Below, in pieces: positions 1 to 12,954 of a stretch of DNA of 64,000 bases. The stretch spans positions 3,174,198 to 3,238,197 of the forward strand of contig NC_068982.1 of NCBI RefSeq assembly GCF_001194135.2, given 5' to 3'. The position numbers and the translations under genes are program-made. Under the pieces are notes generated by a model. That model was not told the DNA's origin. It made no database searches and was given only the letters and a program-made list of their open reading frames with translations. This DNA is from Octopus bimaculoides (lineage: Eukaryota). Within the stretch, counting starts at the first letter, position 1. Every line of letters begins with the position of its first letter.

Positions 1-33
1 GTGTGTGTACGCCCGCGTGTGTAATGTGTGTAA

Positions 34-86
<53 letters not shown>
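1..86. repeat. (TG)n microsatellite
   Basis: Directly visible. Confidence 0.95.
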
Positions 87-89
<3 letters not shown>

Positions 90-2353
90 ACGCGCGTACT
101 TATTTATAGGCTATCTAAGACTCTGAAATCCATGAACTAGCTATTGAAAGTACGTAACGTCTGTATCTTAAGATTTCTCTCAGAGCAAACTGAAGGAGAA
201 TTAAAAGAATTCAATGCAAAACGTTTCTTTACCGTATTTTGTTTTTCATTCATTCCTCATCCTATCTTCTGGGATGTACCTTCCGCATTTAATTTGTCAA
301 CCTGTCCGTTTCGATATTATTGGATCGCTGTGAAAGAAATATGGTATGCACTTGCCTCCTACATATCCTTTTCGAATTAAATGTTAAATGTTCTCAACTA
401 AGCCACACGGTATAATACGTGAATTCATTTATATAGCCATTTTCTGTCCTCTTCTTTTCTTGTATTTTCTCTCTCAGCTATCTCTGATTCTTGTAGCTAA
501 AGTTAAAGGTTAAACAGTGCCGAACTCTCATATCTGTTCCTGTATTGCACCGATCAGGCGCAATTATAAAAGTGTAGCAACGGAAATCGGAAATATTCTT
601 ACAGCAACTCATCAAATTTATTTAAATATTTCAAAGCCTCTGCGCTCTGAATAAAAGTGTTGCGAACCAATTGATAATGAATTCACCAGCATATCATAGA
701 GTCTGCGATTACATACACTACCTACGTGCCTTGTTACTCAAAGTAGGAGATTTCATTCAACATTTTTAGTTCTCTTAAATTTTTAGAGATAAGAATTGTA
801 GTTTACTATTGAAATTCACCAACCAGTGGGATGTTTACTATTTACACAGTACGTAATTTATAATAGAAACGTTGATGAATATAGGAATAAAAATCCGTTT
901 TTATAAAAAGATATAATGAAAAACTGGAATAATTTATCAGTATCTACATTACTATGTTGTTTCGAGTGTCATACTTTAGTCGAACAGAGAGTTATTCTAT
1001 AATACCATTCAGTAACAGTGATAAAAATCAACTATTATTTACACATACGTAGTCTTATTGTCATAACGGTTTTGTTAAGAAATGATAATAAACCTAACGG
1101 AACAATTTCATTTTCAATTTTAGCAACAAATATCTCGTTGCAAACATTTTATTCATATTCTTCATGTTTACTTTTTCGCAGCAGATTTCTAATATTAAAA
1201 ATTTATAACGCAACGGTTTTTTTTTTTTTTCCTTTCTTGTCTTCTTTTTTCAGTTTCTTTTCATGTTTAACTTTTGTCTTTCGACAACATTCTCCAAATA
1301 TTTCTAATATTTAAATATTTACCTTTGAAACATGTTAAATTAAAAATCTGTTTGTGTATGTATATCATTCGATAAGATATACTTATTTTCTTTTTTTCTC
1401 TTTTTGTCTTTGTTCTTTACCCATTCAATTCATCAACTGCTAAGAAAACAATACGTATATTGAAAGGAACACGCCAGATTATATTTCATCTTCTATAATT
1501 TACTTCTGAAATATGTGCCAAAATAATAGAATTCTGATAGATTTTTTTCTTGTTTTCTTTACTATCTGAGAGCTTTTACTTTATAGATATGTCTATTTAA
1601 ATAGTCTGTATACTTCCCATCAATTTAAAGAAATATATTCGGCAACCAAACAATGTCAACGAATGAACAACAAGTCAAGCGGCTAGTACATGGACGCCAG
1701 CAACGACAACACGAGTTAAGATATCAGTCGGGTGTTCTCGTTCAAAGAAGTAATCTCTTTTGATGTCTCAATACATTCGTTATACTAATCACGTTGCCGA
1801 ACCGAAAACGCCGTTTCTATACAATTCTTTTACGAAACCATTCATTTACGTCATTAAATTGTTTTTAAACATCCGGAGTGTCTTAAAAACTTACAAAATT
1901 CTAGTTCTTCACATTAGAAACGCTTTTAATACCTACCTGAAAATAATGCCACAAAACGCACTGATACGGAAGTCCAGTCTCAGTCTCACTTTTTTAGCAC
2001 TACTTACATTAATGTAAGCTGGACGACCGTCATTCTTTTAACAATACAAAGGTGATAAGTTTACAGTTTCCACTTAAATACGGCCAATTCGTCAATACGT
2101 ATAAATACCCAAATATATTAATGCTTATCAGTGTCTTATCATACACTACACAGCAAAACTAAATGGAAGGCACGTGAATTCTTTACATCTAATCATGAGG
2201 AGGATAACAAAACAGGTAGTGACGGTTGATGGTAGTCTGGTTGCTGGGCACAGGTGGGTGCGGTTTGGTGGGGTTGCAAGAAAATTAAGGATTAAGATGC
2301 TTTTCTCAGCCGGCCTCCACAGTTTGGAGTTGAAACAAATCAAATCCTAGCTC

Positions 2354-2815
2354 AGGTGTAGCTCTGTGGTAAGAAGCTTGCTTCTCAATCACATGGTTCT
2401 AGGTTCAGTCCCACTGTGTGGGCATGTGCCTTTCACCTAAGCTCGGGATGACCAAAGCCTTGTCAGCGGATACATGGAAAACTGAAAGATGGAAGCTGAA
2501 AGAAAACCATCGCATATGTGTGTGTATGTTTGTGCGTGCGCGTGTGTGTGTATGCACGCGCTCGTGTGTGTATGTATGTATGTGCGTGTTCGTATGTATC
2601 TTCATATGTGTTTGTCCCCCACCACTGCGTAACAACAGGCATTGGTGTGTTTACGTCCGCGTAACTCAGCGCTTCGATAAAAGTTCCCGATGTAATAAGC
2701 ACAAGGCTAAACACAAGAACAAGTGCTTGGGATGATCCATTTGGCTACAATTCTTCAAGGCGATATCCCAGCATGGCCGCAGTCTCATTTGTAAAACAAG
2801 TAAAAGATAAAGAAT
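2354..2815 (+). mobile_element. SINE family B (tRNA head, CORE-like domain, internal microsatellite), full length
   Basis: gctctgtggtaagaagcttgcttctcaatcacatggttctaggttcagtcccactg...internal (TG)n...gcatggccgcagtc...aacaagtaaaaga. Resembles the octopus OR-type SINEs as I recall them. Confidence 0.85.
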
Positions 2816-5439
2816 AAATGCTACGCGGTGAAGCACGTTCATAAACACAGAAATCTTCGGAGCAGCTCAACCAGATTTCTTTTACTTACAGATAGATTAG
2901 CGGCTTATAACCATTGGCACAAAGCACAAACTAAGTCTCAGCGAAAATTGTGAATGTAAGTTCCATATTCCGTATGTAGATATGTTTTATGCAAAACAAA
3001 ATGGATATTGTTATGTCTAGGATATATTTTTCGAATAAATATTTTCTGCATTGACTCCTGTTATTTCATTCAAATGTCGCCCCAAAATGGGTCATTCCCT
3101 GAAAATTTTTGTTTTCTATGCACACAAGTTTACATTCTTGTACATGTACTTAGAAATTCTCTCAGCACTTCTTCAGAAAGTACGAAGAAATAAAGTAAAA
3201 ATGTGTATTGGATAATGTATAGTTTTAATGCGTTGTGCTTTAATAATTTGTTTAATATATTAATTACTTAACTACGTGGAATCGTGTGCATAAATGTACG
3301 GTTATACAAATTAGAATGACCATTTCAGCTACCTCGATTTAAATTTGATTGAAATATATTAATGTATAAACTACCATATTCCAGTTGGACAGACAGCAAA
3401 GGAATTTGGTTGTTTTTATGAATTACCAAGTAAAAAACCCAATCTTCAAAAACAACATCTCACGAAGGGGCACAGAAAATATGCTTGTGTTTGTTAAACT
3501 TTTCTCATTATTGTTAATAATTTATGAATTGTAGGTATGCCTAGAACTATTTTCCAAAATCATTCAACGATAAATGCTATTTTACAGTCTGATAAAACTA
3601 ACTATAAAGGACAGGCTGTCTATTGAACACATTATTGGGTGGTTCTGACAGCTGAAAAAAGAAAAATCAAGAAAATTTGTTTCTTTTGACAGACTACTAT
3701 TTCCAACAGCAACATGGCTACGTATCAACGCAGCGGTACATCATCACGATGAAGCAATGCTGCAGATGACAGTTTGCTTTCGCATTCTAAAGTAACACAT
3801 TTTTATGTGGAATTAAGTCTACACCTTCCGTATAAATAGGAATGCCAATTTTCTCGATTCAGATTATTTGAATTTACTTATTTAATCTCATTCCCTGAAG
3901 GTAAAAGCAAAGTTAATCCTGCAGTTTCAATGCAGAACATAAGGAGATGAAACTACTTGAAATTATCTTCAGGGCCTGCTAAATCTTGGTGTTGTATTTA
4001 TTCCGCAGTCTTTCCGCAACTTAAAACGATATTAACAATTATTGTTTACATTGGGACAAAAATCAAACTCTTGCACCTAATGGCTAAAATCAATTCAATA
4101 GGACACAAATAAACGGCAGTTACTGTGTCCAAATTATAGAATTGATACTTTGTACTGAAAGATATGCATTATAGGTACTTATTCAGACATTTCTATGGAA
4201 ATTTTTGCACTCCACAGAAGTATTTTACGAATAAATATCTCCTGCCTTGACTAGAATAACAGTGACTTGGCTTCTGTTATTTCATTCAAATGTCTTCAAA
4301 AAAACATAATCATAGATCTGTTAACTTCGACGTTACTTTCGCTTTACTGCGAATTTCTTTCTAACTTCATTTTTAATATTGTCTTCATTAAATAGGATTA
4401 CATTAAATTCCCTGAGACTTTCATGAATTGGTATACCTTTGCAAATATTTCTCTTCTTATTATTCTTTGACTTCTTTGTTAGCTATAAGCAAACACACCC
4501 AAGAACAAGGTTTTTTTATATTGTCTCACTTTATGCACAGTGTATCTAGAATAAGCTTATCCAATGAGTACCCACAAAAGAATAGGCGTGATTTCAAAAC
4601 AATCTGCAAAGACTCTATTACAGGTGTATCACAGATGTAGAGGTAATATTTAGTTCTTGGAAATTTCATCATTATACTAAATATATTCAATTAATGGTGC
4701 ATGGGAGCACGACAGGCAAAGATAAATTCCATACACTCAAACACAAAATTAATTAGAATTGAACAAAAACATGATATATATGAAATATATATCACATATT
4801 ATCTGATCTATCACTGCTCGAAATATCTCGCTAGATTCGGAAGTAATTAAGTGTATGAATAAACACTATGCAGGTGAGTGTGAACGAATCTTCCTGAGTG
4901 TGTGTGTGTGTCAATATTCATATTCGTCGTTGTAAATTGGTGTTTTAAACCGAGGACTTTGATTCTACACACGTATTATAGCATTCTGATGAATAGTGGT
5001 AGGTAAAAAGATATCCAGTGTGACGTTGGTACCTGGTCATAACAACTACGAAAACCAAGAACGACAAAACCCAGTGCTGTGGAAGAAACCATTATAAGAG
5101 TAAAAGGATATATAAATTTATGATTAAAATACTAAATACATAAAAAAAGGAAAATAATAGATTAAGAAAGACGGAGAATGAAATATTGTTTCTGGAAAAT
5201 ATACATTTTAATCCTAATGGATTTATATTAAATTATATCTTCTGTAGATCATATTAACTATGAAGCATACTTTAGTTATAGCTAGAGACAACAATAATCA
5301 ATGCAATAAATTATTAACAAACATATAAAATTCAGTAGAATAACTGTTTAATTTTAATGAACTGAACACCCTGTTAGGTAAGCGTCCAAATATTTACACG
5401 GCAATTAGTTTACTTCGTGGTATTCTCATATTAATTTTA

Positions 5440-6360
5440 ATTGATTGCAGTTCTCGATAGGTTTATACAATCCCCCGCTTCACCCGTCCGCCTTCACATT
5501 CAAGCACACATATCTGCAGCTTATGTATCGCATTTCTCACAAAATCGCTCCAATCCGCCTCGCAATAATTACTCTGGCTCTGAAAGTGATTGTGTCCACA
5601 CATACATAACCAGGCACTTTTAAATTAGCCCACAAACAACATTGTTTTCGTATTTACATAACAACACTGAAAATTGTGTTGAAAGTTTATATTGGGAAAA
5701 CGAGCCATTCGCCTTTCCGAGCGCTGTAGCAATGCATTCTAAATGCACGACTAGGAATTCCACTCTAACCTGTCAACACCACTCGAACACAAATGGCTAT
5801 TCCGTTAACTTTCTATCCATTCTTCAAGGGTATGTGGCATCTCTGCACATCATTAAACCGCAAACTCAAAACAACGGAAGGAAACAATATTTCTTTGCGA
5901 AACTCGGAATCATTACACATACAGATATAAATGAACGTTTCCGTTCCTCTCTTACACTTCGTCAGCATTCCCTTCCTAATTATTCAGCTCAAATCTTAGC
6001 TCAATTATTTTTACTTTGAAACTCGTCTTTGCCTGCGTTTATTCCCCCTTCACATTTCTATTTCTTTCTACCTTTCTCACGTAGTTTCCTTCTCTTGCTA
6101 CATTATTTCCGGAAACACAAGTACACCTCAGATGCAGCCACTTTCTCGAAATACATAAGCATTTGAGATGGGATGCCTGAACTCACGAGCCGATGAATTC
6201 GTAAGTGCCTTTCTTATCGTTGATTTTTGGTGTCGCATGGCCAAAAATTACCGTGAATTTTTTTAGAGACACTTTCAAATTTATCAGAATATCGGACTGA
6301 TGATTTTGGAATAGGGATTTTTCATTCTCTTAACCATGAAACGATCGTATCCGATTAACT
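5440..6360 (+). mobile_element. Penelope-like element relic: GIY-YIG endonuclease end plus 3' region with hammerhead
   Basis: Frameshifted translation gives NIVFVFT...KVYIGKTSHS/LSERCS...HSNTNGYSVNFLSIL...KQYFFAKLGIITHTDINERF. This matches the PLE GIY-YIG pattern (N.VY.I.C..C...YIGET...L..RF..H...HFN..GHS...E...I..LGT..P.GINERF). A hammerhead motif follows about 350 nt downstream. Confidence 0.75.
6291..6355 (+). ncRNA. Type I hammerhead ribozyme motif (PLE-associated)
   Basis: Stem I ATCGGA (6291-6296) pairs with TCCGAT (6350-6355). Core CTGATGA at 6297-6303, GAAA at 6338-6341, helix III AC-GATC-GT (palindrome ACGATCGT), GUA cleavage triplet ending at 6349. Stem II (6304-6337) is long and imperfect. 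Confidence 0.7.
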
Positions 6361-7408
6361 AAAGACTTGTTTTGTTTATGCTTTCCCCTCCGGTTTTTTG
6401 TTCTATGTGTGCCACAAATATCGCCATCCATTTAGAGAAAAATTTGTAGTTTAGAATCAGTAGTTCTTTGACTGCTATTTCTAAATTTTCAGTATGTTGG
6501 AGAAGCNNNNNNNNNNNNNNNNNNNNNNNNNNNNNNNNNNNNNNNNNNNNNNNNNNNNNNNNNNNNNNNNNNNNNNNNNNNNNNNNNNNNNNNNNNNNNN
6601 NNNNNNNNNNNNNNNNNNNNNNNNNNNNNNNNNNNNNNNNNNNNNNNNNNNNNNNNNNNNNNNNNNNNNNNNNNNNNNNNNNNNNNNNNNNNNNNNNNNN
6701 NNNNNNNNNNNNNNNNNNNNNNNNNNNNNNNNNNNNNNNNNNNNNNNNNNNNNNNNNNNNNNNNNNNNNNNNNNNNNNNNNNNNNNNNNNNNNNNNNNNN
6801 NNNNNNNNNNNNNNNNNNNNNNNNNNNNNNNNNNNNNNNNNNNNNNNNNNNNNNNNNNNNNNNNNNNNNNNNNNNNNNNNNNNNNNNNNNNNNNNNNNNN
6901 NNNNNNNNNNNNNNNNNNNNNNNNNNNNNNNNNNNNNNNNNNNNNNNNNNNNNNNNNNNNNNNNNNNNNNNNNNNNNNNNNNNNNNNNNNNNNNNNNNNN
7001 NNNNNNNNNNNNNNNNNNNNNNNNNNNNNNNNNNNNNNNNNNNNNNNNNNNNNNNNNNNNNNNNNNNNNNNNNNNNNNNNNNNNNNNNNNNNNNNNNNNN
7101 NNNNNNNNNNNNNNNNNNNNNNNNNNNNNNNNNNNNNNNNNNNNNNNNNNNNNNNNNNNNNNNNNNNNNNNNNNNNNNNNNNNNNNNNNNNNNNNNNNNN
7201 NNNNNNNNNNNNNNNNNNNNNNNNNNNNNNNNNNNNNNNNNNNNNNNNNNNNNNNNNNNNNNNNNNNNNNNNNNNNNNNNNNNNNNNNNNNNNNNNTATA
7301 TATATATATATATATACATACACACACACACATATATTCTGGTCAGATTTGAAATGAAAATGAATACCCTTTCGATGCTGGGTTTCACTTACATATATAT
7401 ATATGTGT

Positions 7409-7451
<43 letters not shown>

Positions 7452-7503
7452 TGTGTGTATGTGTGTNNNNNNNNNNNNNNNNNNNNNNNNNNNNNNNNNN
7501 NNN

Positions 7504-7538
<35 letters not shown>

Positions 7539-7549
7539 TGTGTGTATGT

Positions 7550-7590
<41 letters not shown>

Positions 7591-8619
7591 TTTGTATATC
7601 TCCCAAAATGTGTAATATGTTGAAATATATTACGTTACATTAGAGAATTTAACTATCGTGTAGCTACTATAATTATTTTTTTCATATTTCCCCAAAAAGT
7701 TGCAGTAAAGAACGAAGAGAATATCAAATGAGGCAAAAACATTTTGCCGAAATTTGCATCACGCGCTTCTCACTTTAATNNNNNNNNNNNNNNNNNNNNN
7801 NNNNNNNNNNNNNNNNNNNNNNNNNNNNNNNNNNNNNNNNNNNNNNNNNNNNNNNNNNNNNNNNNNNNNNNNNNNNNNNNNNNNNNNNNNNNNNNNNNNN
7901 NNNNNNNNNNNNNNNNNNNNNNNNNNNNNNNNNNNNNNNNNNNNNNNNNNNNNNNNNNNNNNNNNNNNNNNNNNNNNNNNNNNNNNNNNNNNNNNNNNNN
8001 NNNNNNNNNNNNNNNNNNNNNNNNNNNNNNNNNNNNNNNNNNNNNNNNNNNNNNNNNNNNNNNNNNNNNNNNNNNNNNNNNNNNNNNNNNNNNNNNNNNN
8101 NNNNNNNNNNNNNNNNNNNNNNNNNNNNNNNNNNNNNNNNNNNNNNNNNNNNNNNNNNNNNNNNNNNNNNNNNNNNNNNNNNNNNNNNNNNNNNNNNNNN
8201 NNNNNNNNNNNNNNNNNNNNNNNNNNNNNNNNNNNNNNNNNNNNNNNNNNNNNNNNNNNNNNNNNNNNNNNNNNNNNNNNNNNNNNNNNNNNNNNNNNNN
8301 NNNNNNNNNNNNNNNNNNNNNNNNNNNNNNNNNNNNNNNNNNNNNNNNNNNNNNNNNNNNNNNNNNNNNNNNNNNNNNNNNNNNNNNNNNNNNNNNNNNN
8401 NNNNNNNNNNNNNNNNNNNNNNNNNNNNNNNNNNNNNNNNNNNNNNNNNNNNNNNNNNNNNNNNNNNNNNNNNNNNNNNNNNNNNNNNNNNNNNNNNNNN
8501 NNNNNNNNNNNNNNNNNNNNNNNNNNNNNNNNNNNNNNNNNNNNNNNNNNNNNNNNNNNNNNNNNNNNNNNNNNNNNNNNNNNNNNNNNNNNNNNNNNNN
8601 NNNNNNNNNNNNNNNNNNN

Positions 8620-8662
<43 letters not shown>

Positions 8663-9117
8663 GTGCATGCATACATATATTTGTATATATATATCTATAT
8701 ATATATATATATATATATTCATACAGACATATATACATATATGTGTCTGTGTGTGTATATATATGTTTTGTATTAGGATGATAAGATCAATGTTATAAAA
8801 TGTTGTTGTTGTTGTCGTAGTTGTCATCATCACTGTCGTGGTCATCGTCGTCGTCGTTGTTTTTTTTTATTGTTATTACCAATGTTGTCTTATTTTCATT
8901 TTTGCTCTGGATGTCTTTGTTGTTGCAGTTCTTTATTATCAATATGTATCTTTTATGTCATTCGAAATATGTCAAGAAACAATACTCTCTTCTTGAAATA
9001 GTTCTTAGCTCCTTCTCTCTTTTTTTTTCCTCATTCTTGTCATATTCTATCATTTACACGTTACTTAATATGCCCTTCGCATTACTGATAGGTTGGAAAA
9101 TGATAGAAACCAGTAAC

Positions 9118-9119
<2 letters not shown>

Positions 9120-9152
<33 letters not shown>

Positions 9153-9190
9153 AAGACGGAAAGAAAGGAAGGAAGAAGGAAGGAAAGAGA
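9120..9190. repeat. (GA)n / (GAAG)n microsatellite
   Basis: Directly visible. Confidence 0.9.
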
Positions 9191-9740
9191 GTAAGAGTGA
9201 TGTAGTGAGATTTTGGGAGCATGAGTGAAAGGAAAGAAAGTAGAGAGTGAGAGTGTTCACGTGAAAAACAATTAGAAATTCATAATGTATTTTGCCAATT
9301 ATTTTTCGAATTTCACTATTTACAATTTTCCTATTGTTTTTCGGAATCATGACATTAATGCTTTTGGATATTTTATATAAATCCGATTTTAAAAAATAAA
9401 AAATCCTCTTCAATATATTTACAGTTGTTTTTTGTTGTTTCTTTTTTCTTTTTTAATAATGTTATAATTTGTCAACTGTAAATTTCATCTTTAGAGTTTC
9501 AGACTTTGCTTTCCATATATGTTTTTATATTTCTTTTATTTATTTAGAACTGGCTGATGGAAAAGTCGGTAGAGCACCGGTGAAAGTCCATTCATTCTCT
9601 TATTTAGATGCTTTTCTTTCACTTTGGAAGTTTAAATCTTTCTAGTGAAGAATTTGCGATCACATTATAACGAGTTGAGTATTTCGCTCGAAGGAATCAT
9701 CTTTGCTCTAAGACAAAACGTGTGCGATTGCTATATATTG

Positions 9741-9922
9741 ATTTCAAATTTTGGTACAAGGCCAGCAATTAGGAGGAATGGGGTTAAGTCAATTACATCG
9801 ACCTTAGGGTACAGGTGGTACTTGTTCTAACGACCCTGGAAGGCAAAGTCACACTTGGCGTAATTTGGACGGACCGAAGTATTTGGTCCGGCGTACTAAC
9901 GATCCTGTCAGCTTGCCGCCTT
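9741..9922 (-). mobile_element. SINE family A (tRNA head, central GGTCGAC...GGTCGAT domain), degraded
   Basis: Reverse complement starts GGCGGCAAGCTGACAGGATCGTTAG and ends with the tail ggccttgtaccaaaatttgaaat. Confidence 0.75.
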
Positions 9923-11678
9923 ATGCCATTGTTTTATATTATTAGGCATTTTATGTCTTATTCAGAGGTGAAAATGCAGCAGCTTTCAACAGATGAATGT
10001 AAGCGAGGAAGGCAAATACAATTCATACGACTGTATATATAGAAATATGTGTGTAAGCATAATGTTCTTATCCTACCAGCAAGAACGTTTGTTTACGTTT
10101 AAAAGGTAAATCAAATATAGAAGTATCGAAAAATATGCAGTAAAGTTTCATTAACATATAATGCATTGATTCGATGAAAGAAAGAGGTTGAGTAATAATT
10201 AATAAAACATATCTGCGTTTAAGGATTTAGGCTTCTACATGAGTGCTTAAATGCAAGCAAATATTACAAGTGGTAAGATTAAAGAATTCAATTTGATGGA
10301 AGGTAGGAGGTTTTCACTTTTTTTCCCATTCAACGTGTTTTGAAGCCAATGCTTTGTATATTCATAGCGGAATTGGCTTCGAGAGGCACCTAATATATGC
10401 GCTCAAAATATATTTGCGAGAGGCATAAACAGATATGCGCACATATTCATGTAAACATACATCAATGTTTGTTAATAAGTGACAATAACATAGGAGCTGA
10501 ACTGCAATATTCAAATACACAATGTCGCATAGGTATATAGAAACGTACGCATGTATATCTGTATATACCAAGAAGATTACTTCGAGGGGTGTGTTGGAAC
10601 AGAAATATTGGCGTACATAGAGACAGGTTATTGCGGGTAAGCAAGAATCGCTGTGCATGTAGGTACCGCTACAAAGGTAAACACACCAGTATCAATTATC
10701 AAGCGATGTTGGTGGGACAAACACAGACACACAAACACACACATATACATACATACATACATACATACATACATACACACAAACACACACACAAATACAT
10801 ACATACATATATATACACNNNNNNNNNNNNNNNNNNNNNNNNNNNNNNNNNNNNNNNNNNNNNNNNNNNNNNNNNNNNNNNNNNNNNNNNNNNNNNNNNN
10901 NNNNNNNNNNNNNNNNNNNNNNNNNNNNNNNNNNNNNNNNNNNNNNNNNNNNNNNNNNNNNNNNNNNNNNNNNNNNNNNNNNNNNNNNNNNNNNNNNNNN
11001 NNNNNNNNNNNNNNNNNNNNNNNNNNNNNNNNNNNNNNNNNNNNNNNNNNNNNNNNNNNNNNNNNNNNNNNNNNNNNNNNNNNNNNNNNNNNNNNNNNNN
11101 NNNNNNNNNNNNNNNNNNNNNNNNNNNNNNNNNNNNNNNNNNNNNNNNNNNNNNNNNNNNNNNNNNNNNNNNNNNNNNNNNNNNNNNNNNNNNNNNNNNN
11201 NNNNNNNNNNNNNNNNNNNNNNNNNNNNNNNNNNNNNNNNNNNNNNNNNNNNNNNNNNNNNNNNNNNNNNNNNNNNNNNNNNNNNNNNNNNNNNNNNNNN
11301 NNNNNNNNNNNNNNNNNNNNNNNNNNNNNNNNNNNNNNNNNNNNNNNNNNNNNNNNNNNNNNNNNNNNNNNNNNNNNNNNNNNNNNNNNNNNNNNNNNNN
11401 NNNNNNNNNNNNNNNNNNNNNNNNNNNNNNNNNNNNNNNNNNNNNNNNNNNNNNNNNNNNNNNNNNNNNNNNNNNNNNNNNNNNNNNNNNNNNNNNNNNN
11501 NNNNNNNNNNNNNNNNNNNNNNNNNNNNNNNNNNNNNNNNNNNNNNNNNNNNNNNNNNNNNNNNNNNNNNNNNNNNNNNNNNNNNNNNNNNNNNNNNNNN
11601 NNNNNNNNNNNNNNNNNNNNNNNNNNNNNNNNNNNNNNNNNNNNNNNNNGGGGAGAGAGATAGAGAAAGAGAGAGAGC

Positions 11679-11722
<44 letters not shown>

Positions 11723-12552
11723 TTAATGTGACGAAAATCCGATTGAGATTAACGATAACGATAATATTCATCCTTACTATGCTCAAAATTTATATCTAAG
11801 ACATTGATTCTTTTTAGCTTGAATCTTTTCCATAATGTCTATAAACCTCTTAGCATGAATATTAATTATATAGCCATTTATACTTCGTAATTTGCAATGG
11901 TCATCTGCACGTTAAAACCTAATTCAGTGAATACAAATAACATGAAAAACAAGTCGAATATATAAAATTCTATTAATTCACAAGCTTCAGAGTCACAAAA
12001 TACTATAATATTTATACAAATTCCGAAAGGTTTTGAGGGTAGGGATTTGATTGATATCAGATACGTAGATGACTGTTTGTATCAGATACACTATTATTCT
12101 ATAAAGAAATAAAATTGAACTGTTTACCATTAATCTAAACGGAATATAATGCATCGTTGTTGACTGTGTCTCACTGATTTGTTATGTTTTTTTAATTTTT
12201 TTTTTTTTATTCATCTGCATTTTGGATTCATACGAATATTATCTTCACGCTCTTTAAATAAAATGATCAGTTGATATCAGAATAAAAATTTCACGATCCT
12301 CCGATTTGAGCTGGCCTAAAGACAGGTGGCCTTGGGCCACAATAATTACCCCCGATAGAAAGTTTAACTGCAGCATTTTTATAAACTCACTAAAAGGTTT
12401 TAGAAAATTCCATGACTCTTTTAGGCGCGAAAATTTATTCGGTCTTTTGTCAGATAGTTCCTTGCCTGGAAAAATATCGATTGGCGTTATAAGAGAGAAA
12501 CCATGTTATATAGATACAACGAACCCTGGTTAATATTGCCATATATAAAGTC

Positions 12553-12751
12553 GGTGACCTGGCAGAATCGTTATCAAACCGGACAAAATATATAGCATTA
12601 TTTGGCCTCTGCATTCAAATTTCTCTGAGGTCGACTTTACATTTAATTCTTTCTGGGTCGATAAAATCCATACCGGTTGACTACTGCAGTCGAAGAATTC
12701 ACATTAACCCCTTCCTCGAAATTACTGGCATTGTGCCAGAATGAAAACCAA
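12553..12751 (+). mobile_element. SINE family A
   Basis: ggtgacctggcagaatcgtt...attcaaatt...gaggtcgacttt...gggtcgataaaat...ttgtgccagaatgaaaacc. Confidence 0.8.
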
Positions 12752-12954
12752 TATTTCAAGTTTTGGCACAAGGCCAGCAATTTCGGGGGAGAAGGTATAC
12801 CGATTCCGGTGTTTCATTGGGTATTATTTTATCGACCCCGAACAGATGAAAGACAAAGGTGACCTCGACAGAATTTGAATTCAGAACGTCAAGGCGGGCG
12901 AAATGCCACTAGATATTTTGTCTGGCCTGCTAATACGATTCTGCCAGCTCACCG
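12752..12954 (-). mobile_element. SINE family A, tail-to-tail with the previous copy
   Basis: Reverse complement: gcggtgagctggcagaatcgt...gaattcaaatt...ggggtcgataaaat...ggccttgtgccaaaacttgaa. Confidence 0.85.

Noticed and set aside
1640-1760. Possible Tc1 transposase remnant (GRP.TT-like)
   Set aside because: The similarity is too short and needs frameshifts; no terminal repeats were found.
5925-5975. Minus-strand CTGACGA...GAAACGTT hammerhead-like string
   Set aside because: Stem II does not pair, and the bases are the antisense of the PLE coding end (INERF).
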